From the NCBI GenBank assembly GCA_964356225.1, contig CAYHGA010000002.1:14894-78893 (forward strand): DNA of 64,000 nt, given 5' to 3'. Of the stretch, positions 9,320-17,887 are shown piece after piece. Below the pieces are notes generated by a model, which saw nothing but the letters and a program-made list of their open reading frames with translations, had not been told where the DNA came from and searched no databases. Position numbers and translations under genes: made by a program. The DNA comes from an uncultured Gammaproteobacteria bacterium. GTDB lineage: Bacteria; Patescibacteriota; Microgenomatia; CAZETR01; Amesbacteraceae. How positions within the stretch are numbered: position 1 is the stretch's first letter; the number at the start of each line of letters is the position of its first letter.

Positions 9320-9561
9320 GGTCGGGCGGCCGCCACGGGAAGAGAAGAGAGGAAATTTATAGAAATGTAGCTAAGGGAAGACGAAGAATAAATGGCTTCC
9401 CGCAGATGTTGATTTTCAGAGGCCAATGCCTGGGCCTGATTTTGCAAGCGGCCTAACTCACCTCCCTGGGTAGCTCTGCCGAACGACAGAACCACCTGCC
9501 CGGAGAGGAGAATAATGTTAATGATGATTAATAGTTTTAACATATGCTCTGAGCTTGGCAC
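9316..9561 (-). CDS. ftsL: FtsL-like small bitopic division protein. The true start is probably the internal Met at about 9543.
   Basis: 81 aa. MLKLLIIINIILLSGQVV is a transmembrane helix, followed by a leucine-rich coiled-coil-like segment (LGRLQNQAQALASENQHLREAIY). It lies between rsmH and ftsI, the canonical ftsL position. The 5' end overlaps rsmH by 44 nt. Confidence 0.45.
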   Translation of the reverse strand: MPSSEHMLKLLIIINIILLSGQVVLSFGRATQGGELGRLQNQAQALASENQHLREAIYSSSSLSYISINFLSSLPVAAARP

Positions 9562-10309
9562 CTTTTTCGCCTACGACCGGTTTGGGAGTTAGAGATTGCA
9601 TATTAGTAAGAGCGTGCTTGACGATTCTGTCTTCCAGGGAATGAAAACTGATAACTACCAGCCTCCCTTCGGGAGCCAGAATTTCTTGTCCTTCGGATAA
9701 AACTTGTTCCAGAGCTCCTAGTTCGTCGTTGACGGCAATGCGCAGGGCTTGGAATGCTTGACGAGACCACTTACCAGTTATGTCAGCAAGTTGATCAGTG
9801 GTAGCCAGTGGCCGGGCGGCGGCAATTTTGACAGCTAGGGTCTTGGCGACCGGTATTTCTCCGTAGTCTTTGAAAAGACTGGTCAATTGGCTAACTGATA
9901 ACTGGTTAACCAGGGTGGCTGCAGTATTAGGCAAGGCAGGATCCATGCGCATGTCTAACGGGCCTGACTCTTGAAAAGAAAAGCCACGATCGGGAGTGTT
10001 AATTTGATGTTCTGACACTCCCAGATCGAGCAGGATTCCTAAGACGGGTTGCCAGTGATGCGCAGAGACAATTTCTGCCAGATGGATAAAATTGGATTGA
10101 ACTTTGGTCAGACCGGCAAGATCAGGGCAGGCTTGCAAGGCTTCTGGATCTTGATCGAGACCTAAAACTAATCCACCCTGGCGGATAATTTCAGCTGCAT
10201 GTCCCCCACCGCCTAACGTGCAGTCAACGTAATGACCGCCTGGTTTTACGGCTAAAAAGTGACAAGCTGATTGTAAAAGTACGGGATTATGATAATGCAT
10301 GCTACGCAT
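9518..10309 (-). CDS. rsmH: 16S rRNA m4C1402 methyltransferase RsmH (MraW)
   Basis: 263 aa. YHNPVLLQSACHFLAVKPGGHYVDCTLGGGGHAAEI is the MraW N-terminal signature. Confidence 0.9.
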   Translation of the reverse strand: MRSMHYHNPVLLQSACHFLAVKPGGHYVDCTLGGGGHAAEIIRQGGLVLGLDQDPEALQACPDLAGLTKVQSNFIHLAEIVSAHHWQPVLGILLDLGVSEHQINTPDRGFSFQESGPLDMRMDPALPNTAATLVNQLSVSQLTSLFKDYGEIPVAKTLAVKIAAARPLATTDQLADITGKWSRQAFQALRIAVNDELGALEQVLSEGQEILAPEGRLVVISFHSLEDRIVKHALTNMQSLTPKPVVGEKGAKLRAYVKTINHH

Positions 10310-10312
10310 GGC

Positions 10313-10735
10313 TTACAGCTCAAGTTTTTCAGCAATTGACTCTCTTTGGGAATTAACTGAAGTCATATAGCTGTCAAACTTGGATTTATCCCAGATTTCC
10401 ACTCTCTCTACGGCTCCGGTCACTAGACAGGTATTTTTCAGGCCGGCGAAACTTTTGAGATAATCCGGAATTAGTATCCGGCCCAGGGAATCGATTTCGA
10501 CCTCTACCGCGCCGTATGACAGGCTACGGGTGAAAGACCGGGCGTCGCCCCTGGTGAGCGGCAACTGGGATAACTTGGAAATGAGCGACTCCCAGGCGGC
10601 CTGGGGATATAAAAATAAACAGCCGTCTAGTCCTTGGGACAGGACGGCGCCTTTGGCCAGTTGGGAACGGAATTTACTTGGGATGGACAGCCGGTTTTTA
10701 GCTTCAAGGTGGTGTTCATACTGACCGATAAACAT
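10313..10735 (-). CDS. mraZ: Transcriptional regulator MraZ
   Basis: 140 aa. Starts MFIGQYEHHLEAKNRLSIPSKFR and has two tandem MraZ/SpoVT-AbrB-like halves. First gene of the dcw operon. Confidence 0.9.
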   Translation of the reverse strand: MFIGQYEHHLEAKNRLSIPSKFRSQLAKGAVLSQGLDGCLFLYPQAAWESLISKLSQLPLTRGDARSFTRSLSYGAVEVEIDSLGRILIPDYLKSFAGLKNTCLVTGAVERVEIWDKSKFDSYMTSVNSQRESIAEKLEL

Positions 10736-10745
10736 GTTTATAATT

Positions 10746-10798
10746 TACCATTTCTTACCACTTTATACCACTATGAACCGATTTTCACGCCGTGTCAA
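10746..10798 (-). promoter_or_regulatory. Candidate dcw promoter (Pmra) and MraZ operator
   Basis: Minus strand reads TTGACA (10798-10793), a 17-nt spacer, CATAGT (10775-10770), then three direct repeats (G)TGGTA at exact 10-bp spacing. On the plus strand these are TACCA at 10746, 10756 and 10766. The ATG of mraZ is at 10735. Confidence 0.5.
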
Positions 10799-10829
10799 GA
10801 CTAATAAAAACCGAAGAAACCTTGTGCGT

Positions 10830-11327
10830 TTACTCTGAGGCAGTAAGTGTAACGGATTTACCAGGGGTGACGGTAAAGGGATAAGAGGCGGTGAAGATGG
10901 AGCGGCCGGAGGCGTCGCGGAGAGTTAATTCCATGACGGCGTTGGCAATTTTTTCGTGATATGTGAACTTGCCGGAGGATTCGGAGCCAAGCAGTTGTTT
11001 TTGAGAAAATGTGGATTTACCGGCAATATTGGCGGTGGAGTTAACGCCGGTCTGAAGCTTGCTGCTTTTAACCATGGCGTCATATATGAGGTTGTATTCT
11101 AATTGGTCAGCGTTTAGATTGGACAGAGATACGGTGACATAGTGGCCGTCTGAAGCGAATTTCAGTTCAACCCGGGGTTGTTTGTCGGCAGCCAGCTGGA
11201 CGGCTGCTTCGGGAGTCGGAGTCGGCGTGGGCAGAGAGGACTTGGGTTTACCTTTGAAATACAAAATTATCCCCGCGCTAATTCCTAGAGCTACAACCGC
11301 TCCTATAATGGGCAACCACTTATTCAT
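10830..11327 (-). CDS. Hypothetical membrane-anchored or secreted protein with a Pro/Thr linker
   Basis: 165 aa. N-terminal hydrophobic helix, a PTPTPTPE linker, then a beta-rich domain. I recognise no family. Confidence 0.4.
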   Translation of the reverse strand: MNKWLPIIGAVVALGISAGIILYFKGKPKSSLPTPTPTPEAAVQLAADKQPRVELKFASDGHYVTVSLSNLNADQLEYNLIYDAMVKSSKLQTGVNSTANIAGKSTFSQKQLLGSESSGKFTYHEKIANAVMELTLRDASGRSIFTASYPFTVTPGKSVTLTASE

Positions 11328-11331
11328 AGGT

Positions 11332-12570
11332 TCACTTTAGCTTTTTTTGAAAATAACTGTCAAGCTGCGAGATGTCCACTCTTTCTTGTTTGGCGGTGTC
11401 TCTGTCCCTGACGGTTGCTGAATCTGACTCGTAATCTATTGTTACGCACCAGGGGGTGCCTATTTCATCCTGGGCGTAATAGCGCTTGCCAATGTTGCCC
11501 CGGTCGTCCCAAACAGTGTTCAGTTTAAGTTTAAGTTCCAGATAAATTTCTCTGGCTTTTTTGACAATATCTTCTTTGTTGACAACGAGGGGGAAAACGG
11601 CTACTTTGTAGGGAGCAAGATGGGGATGGAGTTTAAGTATGACTCTTTTTTCATCTTCAAAATAAGCATCTAATAAAAAGAAGAGAGCGGCCCGATCGAC
11701 CCCGCCTGAAGTTTCAATCACCCAGGGGGTATATCCGTCATGGGTTAACTTGTGGCGGGACAGGTCCCAGTCACCACGATGGTGAACTCCTTCGAATTCT
11801 TTCCAGCCAAACGGGGAATTGTATTCTATGTCTTCAGCTTTCCGGGCGTAATGGGCGCGCTCATTCGGAGCATGTTCTCTAAATCTAAGGTTTTCTCTTT
11901 TTATTCCTAGGTTCAGGTACCAATCTAGACGTTGTTTTTTCCAGTACGCGAACCATTTCTCTCCTTCGGAGTCTTTGGGCTCTACAAAGAACTCTAGTTC
12001 CATTTGTTCAAATTCCCGGCTTCGGAAAGTGAAATTGCCGGGAGTAATTTCGTTTCGGAAAGCTTTGCCTATTTGGGCGATACCAAAAGGAACATCGATG
12101 CGACTTGAATCAATCACGTTTTTAAAATTTACAAAGACTCCTTGGGTAATTTCTCCCCGCAGGTAGGCTTTTTGTTTGGGTTCGGTGACCCCCAGATATA
12201 CTTCGGTGAGCAAGTTAAATTTTTTAGCCTCGGTAAACTGGCCGCCACAGTTTGGACAGCTGTCTTTTACCTGGTCGGCGCGAAAGCGATGGTGACACTT
12301 TTTGCATTCCACGAGAGGATCTGAGAAAGCTTTGGTGTGACCAGAGGCTTCCCAAACTTGGGGATTCATGACAATGGCGGCGTCCAGACCGACAATATTT
12401 TCTCTTTGATAAACCATGGATTTCCACCACTCCCGCTTGATATTATTCTTCAGCTCAACTCCCAACGGGCCGTAATCCCAAAAACCGGTTATCCCGCCAT
12501 AAATTTCTGATCCGGGAAAAACAAATCCCCTTCTCTTACACAGGCTGACAATTTTTTCCATGAGATCCAT
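11332..12570 (-). CDS. glyQS: Glycine--tRNA ligase, dimeric alpha2 type
   Basis: 412 aa. VSLCKRRGFVFPGSEIYGGITGFWDYGPLGVELKNNIKREWW is the conserved N-terminus of class II GlyRS. An anticodon-binding C-domain follows. Confidence 0.9.
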   Translation of the reverse strand: MDLMEKIVSLCKRRGFVFPGSEIYGGITGFWDYGPLGVELKNNIKREWWKSMVYQRENIVGLDAAIVMNPQVWEASGHTKAFSDPLVECKKCHHRFRADQVKDSCPNCGGQFTEAKKFNLLTEVYLGVTEPKQKAYLRGEITQGVFVNFKNVIDSSRIDVPFGIAQIGKAFRNEITPGNFTFRSREFEQMELEFFVEPKDSEGEKWFAYWKKQRLDWYLNLGIKRENLRFREHAPNERAHYARKAEDIEYNSPFGWKEFEGVHHRGDWDLSRHKLTHDGYTPWVIETSGGVDRAALFFLLDAYFEDEKRVILKLHPHLAPYKVAVFPLVVNKEDIVKKAREIYLELKLKLNTVWDDRGNIGKRYYAQDEIGTPWCVTIDYESDSATVRDRDTAKQERVDISQLDSYFQKKLK

Positions 12571-12575
12571 AGTTC

Positions 12576-13121
12576 TTATTTTAACCTATTTAGAAGTTTT
12601 GGGGAATTGAGAGGGCGGTTAATCAAGTTTTCTATAAATTCATCTACTTCCCCAATGAATTCCTTGGCTTGGGGCCAATAACCCAGCTCCACGAGAATTT
12701 TTAATTTTGAATTTTTAATTTTTAATTCCCAGTCGGATCCAAAACCACCAATTTGGGAAAGACTTTCTTTGAGAATTTTAAAGATTTCGGGGTGGGGCTG
12801 GTGGTCTGGGGTGAGTTTGTCCACCACTTCTGCCAGTTGATATGCCAGATTGACCCGGCCGAGGTGCTTCCGCCACCCGGAATGGCTTTCCAGGATCTGC
12901 ACTTCGGCTAAGGTGTCCAGTTCTCCCTTGCCCTTGATGAAAGAGGATTTGACTATATTGAATAACTCTAGAGATCCGGCACGTTTGGAAGTGGGCCTGC
13001 GCAACCCCCGGGCGATGGCAGTAACCTTACCGTGGCGCTGGGTGTAAAAAGTTACCAGTTTGTCTGCTTCGCCTAAATTTAATCTTTTGAGGACGATACC
13101 AACGTCAGAATACGAATTCAT
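12576..13121 (-). CDS. recO: DNA repair protein RecO (short form)
   Basis: 181 aa. GIVLKRLNLGEADKLVTFYTQRHGKVTAIARGLRRPTSKRAGSLE matches the RecO N-terminal OB-fold region. Confidence 0.7.
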   Translation of the reverse strand: MNSYSDVGIVLKRLNLGEADKLVTFYTQRHGKVTAIARGLRRPTSKRAGSLELFNIVKSSFIKGKGELDTLAEVQILESHSGWRKHLGRVNLAYQLAEVVDKLTPDHQPHPEIFKILKESLSQIGGFGSDWELKIKNSKLKILVELGYWPQAKEFIGEVDEFIENLINRPLNSPKLLNRLK

Positions 13122-15033
13122 GATCGGCGGACAGGAGAAATTCGGGATATGCTTTGCCGTTGATTTTGAATGTGTAGTTGAAGTTTTTAGATCCTCCCTG
13201 TTTTTGAATGAGCATTTTGTATGGAGACTTCATTTTCATGGGCAGTTTATAGCGGAGAGTAATAGTCCGGACGTTGAGAGGGGTCACGGTAAAGAAACCT
13301 TCGAAAACGGTTTTACCCAGATCTTCAGATGTTTTCTGGCCGGTTTCAAAACCCTTGGCTTCCAGCAATTCACTGCCTTTGGGCACGTATACCCGCAACC
13401 AATCGCGGAATACCCCATTGAGCTTGAGATTTGTGCCTTTTTCCAGGAAATACTCTTGAGGATTTTTGTACGTCAAAGTTAAAGTCTTGGTGACTGTGCC
13501 ATCGCTTTCAACGTCTATTTTTTGATCCGCGGAGTAGGTGACCCAAACGTTCGTCTTGGCCCCTGCAAAATTGGTGTCTACTACCATGAGATAGTCTCCA
13601 GTTGTTTCACGAACCCGCCCGGCCAGATTGAAGCTTTCGATGGCGCTTTGGATTTTTGGATCGACAAAATATAACTGAATATGCTTGCTGCTGATGGCGG
13701 AAATGGCTGTATTGAAGAGTTCAGATATTTTCTTTTTGGGCTGAGCAAAAACGTTAGTCATGACGGAATGCATCATGGGGCCGATGAAAGATTTGCGGTC
13801 ACCGTAATTTCGAGGAGCAAAAACTATTTTTCCGGAAACCGAATCCCAGACAACGGGCCCTTCTTGGTCAGCAAACTTTTCCAGCTCGTAGAAAACTTGG
13901 GGGCAGTTGCAGCGTTTGTCTATTTCGGCACTGTAATTCCCAAAACCGGAAACTCCAATTGGACCGGTAACCTTAAGCAAGTCTACCAGCAGTTGAGTGT
14001 CTACCGCTATAATGCCGTCGACGACGGGAGATTTGGTCAGGAGATAGTTGGGATAAAAAGTATCCATAGATACTTTGAAATCCGGGGATAGGTTTTGATC
14101 ACGCAGATTCCAATATGGAACATTGGGAAGATATTTCTTGATGGGTTCGGGTGCAGCTATCTTTTTGGGAAATTTGTCGTCCAGAGTGTAGATGTCGTTA
14201 GACTGGATGATGTTGATTTTGCCCTTAGAAACTTCGATTACTGCGTAGGCGGTCATGAATCCGCCGGTGGGACGAAGTTCAGCATCGTTTTGAAAAAGAA
14301 CCAGATATTTGCGGGGCTTATCTTTACCTAAGATATATGGGGCTGATTCTAACAAAGGCTTAGCGTCATTGACCAGACTGGAAGCTTGGTCGATAAGGGC
14401 GATCCCGGAAGCAAGTTGGGATTGGTATTTGGGGTAGCGGGAAGGTTTGATTTTATTTACTTCGGATTTGGCTGTGGCTAATTTTTCCCCGATTTGGGCA
14501 AGTTGGGGCCGGACTTTATCTAGGGTTTCAACCACGAAATTAACCCTATCCTGAGCTGTTTTTGTGCCATCGCCTGTGGTGGCTAAACCTTTAAGTCCAA
14601 CTAAATCGGCGTATGGGGCAATTGCATCAACCGTGATTTTGGTTGCCTCCAAAACTGCAGATCCTGCTTTCAATCCGTGTTGACCGTCGGCATAATACAA
14701 ATTGGCGATTGGGACAATTTTAAGCCAGGCCAAACGGGAGTAATCCTGGTTGAGTTGAGCCAGATCTTTTTCTACTATCTGTAATTGCTGATTGACCGTC
14801 TTGAGATCCTGGGACTTAACAGCCACTGCTACCGCGGCTCCGGAGGCCTTGAGACGGTCCACTGATGCGGTTAATTTCTTGACCGAGGGTAAAAGAATAA
14901 CGGCCAGTATGGCGGCTACCCCTACCAGAGCAACCAGGATAATTAAAATTAACTTGAGAAACGGGGGAAATTTGCGGGATGGTGTGACCAGGGGTTGACC
15001 TTCGAGGGTGTGGACCAGCGTTTCTTCGGGCAT
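13105..15033 (-). CDS. Large N-terminally anchored extracytoplasmic protein (possibly DUF4012-like)
   Basis: 642 aa. One N-terminal transmembrane helix (LKLILIILVALVGVAAILAVILL), a coiled-coil-like stretch, then a 500-aa soluble domain with no C-terminal helix. Lies immediately upstream of the initiating sugar transferase. Confidence 0.4.
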   Translation of the reverse strand: MPEETLVHTLEGQPLVTPSRKFPPFLKLILIILVALVGVAAILAVILLPSVKKLTASVDRLKASGAAVAVAVKSQDLKTVNQQLQIVEKDLAQLNQDYSRLAWLKIVPIANLYYADGQHGLKAGSAVLEATKITVDAIAPYADLVGLKGLATTGDGTKTAQDRVNFVVETLDKVRPQLAQIGEKLATAKSEVNKIKPSRYPKYQSQLASGIALIDQASSLVNDAKPLLESAPYILGKDKPRKYLVLFQNDAELRPTGGFMTAYAVIEVSKGKINIIQSNDIYTLDDKFPKKIAAPEPIKKYLPNVPYWNLRDQNLSPDFKVSMDTFYPNYLLTKSPVVDGIIAVDTQLLVDLLKVTGPIGVSGFGNYSAEIDKRCNCPQVFYELEKFADQEGPVVWDSVSGKIVFAPRNYGDRKSFIGPMMHSVMTNVFAQPKKKISELFNTAISAISSKHIQLYFVDPKIQSAIESFNLAGRVRETTGDYLMVVDTNFAGAKTNVWVTYSADQKIDVESDGTVTKTLTLTYKNPQEYFLEKGTNLKLNGVFRDWLRVYVPKGSELLEAKGFETGQKTSEDLGKTVFEGFFTVTPLNVRTITLRYKLPMKMKSPYKMLIQKQGGSKNFNYTFKINGKAYPEFLLSADHEFVF

Positions 15034-15042
15034 GGCAGGTTT

Positions 15043-15684
15043 TTAGACAGCTCCTTTGCCGGATAACATGACAAAAGGAGTTTTAAACAATATTTTTAGA
15101 TCATAACATAGATTCATGTTCTCGGCATAATGCGAATCCATTTCTATGCGCTTATCAAAATTAATATCGCTTCTGCCGGATACTTGCCATTGGCCGGTAA
15201 TCCCAGGGCGGACAGAGAGAGCTTTTTTTACCAGCTCCTTGGTGTGGGGATATTTTTTCTGCTGTTCTTCAAGTTCGTCTGAAAAATAGGGTCTAGGACC
15301 AATAAGGCTCATATCTCCCCAAAATACGTTGACTAATTGAGGTACTTCATCGAGCGAAAATTTACGGATAAATTTTCCCACTCTGGTCACCCGGGGATCG
15401 GAATTTAACTTGTAGCTGCTTTTTTTATATTCCTCGTAGAGTTTTTTGAATTTGGGATCGGTGCGAAGTTTGAGGTGAGCGTCGGGAATCATAGAACGGA
15501 ACTTGTGCAAATGAAAAAGCCTGCCATGCTTGCCTACACGGTTGGGAATATCGGCAAAAACGGGGCCTTGCGAAGACTCGAGTTTGATGGCTAGAGCGAC
15601 CAGGAGACTTATAGGGAAAAACAGGGTCCCCAAAAATATGGCAAGAAAAATGTCCATTATCCGTTTGAGGGTTTCGTATTTCAT
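15043..15684 (-). CDS. Initiating polyprenyl-phosphate sugar-1-phosphate transferase (small monotopic PglC/WbaP-C-terminal type)
   Basis: 213 aa with a single N-terminal re-entrant helix. PGITGQWQVSGRSDI is the hallmark PGITG motif of PF02397. DEVPQL and GPRP motifs are also present. Confidence 0.85.
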   Translation of the reverse strand: MKYETLKRIMDIFLAIFLGTLFFPISLLVALAIKLESSQGPVFADIPNRVGKHGRLFHLHKFRSMIPDAHLKLRTDPKFKKLYEEYKKSSYKLNSDPRVTRVGKFIRKFSLDEVPQLVNVFWGDMSLIGPRPYFSDELEEQQKKYPHTKELVKKALSVRPGITGQWQVSGRSDINFDKRIEMDSHYAENMNLCYDLKILFKTPFVMLSGKGAV

Positions 15685-15687
15685 GGA

Positions 15688-16845
15688 TTACAGGTATTTT
15701 AGCAGTTTTTGCTCTTTGAGCATTCCATGCAGCTGTTTAACAGACTGGGCGTCATTTTTGGGGCAAATGAGAATTGCATCTGGCGTATCGATTACCACCA
15801 TGTCCGAAAGGCCGACTAAGGAAATAAGCTGTTTGTCTAAAACAAAAAGATTGTTTCGGGAATTGAGACCAACTAGTTCACCTTGCCCACGACTACCAAT
15901 AACCGCATTGCCAGCGGAGTCTTTGGGTAGATTTTGCCAAACTATGTTCCAATCCCCTACGTCAGACCAAGTGAAATGGCCAAGAATACAAATAAAATTG
16001 GTAACTTTTTCGGAGACGGCATAATCTACGGAAATGCTGGGGGCCATTTGGAAAGCCAGTTGAATAGTTTCTTTTTCTTTACCAGTACCAATATCATCTA
16101 TTATTTTGGGTAGAAAAGCATACGATTTGGGAGCGAACTTTTTGAGAAGATCCAAATATAGCTTAGCTTTCCAAACGTACAAATTGGCATTCCACAGATA
16201 ATCTCCCGACGCGGTAAATTTCATGGCCAAATCCAAGGAGGGCTTTTCAACAAACTTCAGACCAATGTTACCCTTAAATTTAATGTGCCCCATTCCAGTA
16301 TGAGGAAATTTTGGTTTAATACCCACAGTGACGAATTTATTTTCCCAGGCGTAGAAAACAGCCTTTTTAATGTCACTCACAAAACCTGTGACTGGAGTGA
16401 TGAGATGGTCAGAGGCTAAATTTACAATTACGGCTTCAGGGTCCTGGAGATAAATGTAGGCGGCTCCTAAACCATGAGCAATGGCTGTATCTTTACGCTG
16501 GGGTTCAGCAATAATATTTTCGCTTTTTACTTTGGGACATTGTTTTTTTATTTCAGCCACATATTTTGCTGACGTAGAGATGTAAATCTGATTGGGAGGA
16601 GTTAATTTTAAAGCTCTATCAACTGTAAGCTGGAGGAGAGATTGTCCACTAAATAGTTTTATAAATTGTTTAGGAGAGTTTTCCCGGGAGAGAGGCCAAA
16701 GACGGGTGCCGCCGCCGCCAGCCAGAATAAGAACGTACAAGTGCTTGCTTAAATTCTCTTTGGAATCGGTCTTTGGCAAACTTTTGGGCATGTGACTTGA
16801 TGAATTCCCGGTCGAATTGAGCGGGATCAAAGTTAAGAATAGCAT
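15688..16845 (-). CDS. manC: Mannose-1-phosphate guanylyltransferase-like sugar nucleotidyltransferase. The likely start is the internal Met near 16791.
   Basis: HLYVLILAGGGGTRLWPLSRENSPKQF is the NDP-sugar pyrophosphorylase G-loop, and the ManC-type C-terminal half is present. The annotated 5' end overlaps the upstream GT4 by 176 nt. Confidence 0.75.
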   Translation of the reverse strand: MLFLTLIPLNSTGNSSSHMPKSLPKTDSKENLSKHLYVLILAGGGGTRLWPLSRENSPKQFIKLFSGQSLLQLTVDRALKLTPPNQIYISTSAKYVAEIKKQCPKVKSENIIAEPQRKDTAIAHGLGAAYIYLQDPEAVIVNLASDHLITPVTGFVSDIKKAVFYAWENKFVTVGIKPKFPHTGMGHIKFKGNIGLKFVEKPSLDLAMKFTASGDYLWNANLYVWKAKLYLDLLKKFAPKSYAFLPKIIDDIGTGKEKETIQLAFQMAPSISVDYAVSEKVTNFICILGHFTWSDVGDWNIVWQNLPKDSAGNAVIGSRGQGELVGLNSRNNLFVLDKQLISLVGLSDMVVIDTPDAILICPKNDAQSVKQLHGMLKEQKLLKYL

Positions 16846-17887
16846 TTTTTAGGTCGGCAACGCTATCTAAGAGCAATCCCGTTTGGCCATGAATTACGGT
16901 TTCTGCGACTCCCCCTTTGTTTATGCCGATAACAGGAGTGCCGGCGGCGTGGGCTTCCAACGGCACTAATCCAAAATCTTCTTCGTGGATAAATAAAACC
17001 GCCCGGGCGTGCTGATAATATGAAATTAAATCTGCTTCGGCCAAATGGCCGAGGAAATGAATGTTGGGATTGGCTGCGGCTTTAAGTTTATTTTCTAAAT
17101 TCCCCGTTCCAATTATAGCCAGGGGCAATTTTAAATCGTTAAAAATTTCTACCAAAACGTCTGCTTGTTTGTAGGCCACTAAACGGCCAACGTATAAAAA
17201 GAAGTTATTAGTTATTAGTTTATGGTTCATAGTAACCGGTTGACTGAAAGAATCCACCTCTACCGGAGGATAAATAACTTGAGAATCCTGACCGTAATAT
17301 TTTTTAATACGATCTTTGACTGTCCGGGAAATGGCAATGTAGGCATCGGGGCGATGGGAAGCGATGAGATCCCAGCGCTTTAAATAATTAAACAGGGGAT
17401 GAAATAGAGGAGACGTTTGGGATTTATAAAAATCTTCGTGACTCCATAAATAGCGGGTAGGAGTGAGACAATAACAAAGGTTAAAAGTGTGGGGCTTAGT
17501 AATAATGCCCTTGGCGTCGGCGGAAGTAACCGAAATGACAATATCGTAATCGTCAAACTTTAAGGTTTCAAAAACGATGGGAGTGAGCCAGGGGTAGAGC
17601 TCATGATTGGATTTGGCCAAGGGGAATTTTTGCAAGAAAGAAGGGATTACGGCGGGAAAAATCTGAGCCCAAGGAGCCCGCTCTTGGTCATAAACGGCGG
17701 TGTACAGCGGAGCATCGGGAAACATTTCATGCAGGACCAGAAGCACTCTCTCCGCCCCGCCCCACTTATTCACCCGGTCGTAAACTAACGCAACGCGGCT
17801 TGGTAAATCTGCCATGTTTGGCTGGCCATGAAGGCCCAGGAGTATTTGGTAACTTGCGATTGGCCTTTGACTATTAGCTTTTGGCAT
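16670..17887 (-). CDS. Glycosyltransferase family 4 (GT-B)
   Basis: 405 aa. The C-terminal domain with GLVPLEAHAAGTPVIGINKGGVAETVIHGQTGLL matches the Glycos_transf_1 E-x7-E region. Confidence 0.75.
   Translation of the reverse strand: MPKANSQRPIASYQILLGLHGQPNMADLPSRVALVYDRVNKWGGAERVLLVLHEMFPDAPLYTAVYDQERAPWAQIFPAVIPSFLQKFPLAKSNHELYPWLTPIVFETLKFDDYDIVISVTSADAKGIITKPHTFNLCYCLTPTRYLWSHEDFYKSQTSPLFHPLFNYLKRWDLIASHRPDAYIAISRTVKDRIKKYYGQDSQVIYPPVEVDSFSQPVTMNHKLITNNFFLYVGRLVAYKQADVLVEIFNDLKLPLAIIGTGNLENKLKAAANPNIHFLGHLAEADLISYYQHARAVLFIHEEDFGLVPLEAHAAGTPVIGINKGGVAETVIHGQTGLLLDSVADLKNAILNFDPAQFDREFIKSHAQKFAKDRFQREFKQALVRSYSGWRRRHPSLASLPGKLS

Noticed and set aside
15530-16024. 164-aa plus-strand ORF antisense to the manC-like gene
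   Set aside because: It is a shadow ORF opposite a gene with clear NDP-sugar pyrophosphorylase motifs.
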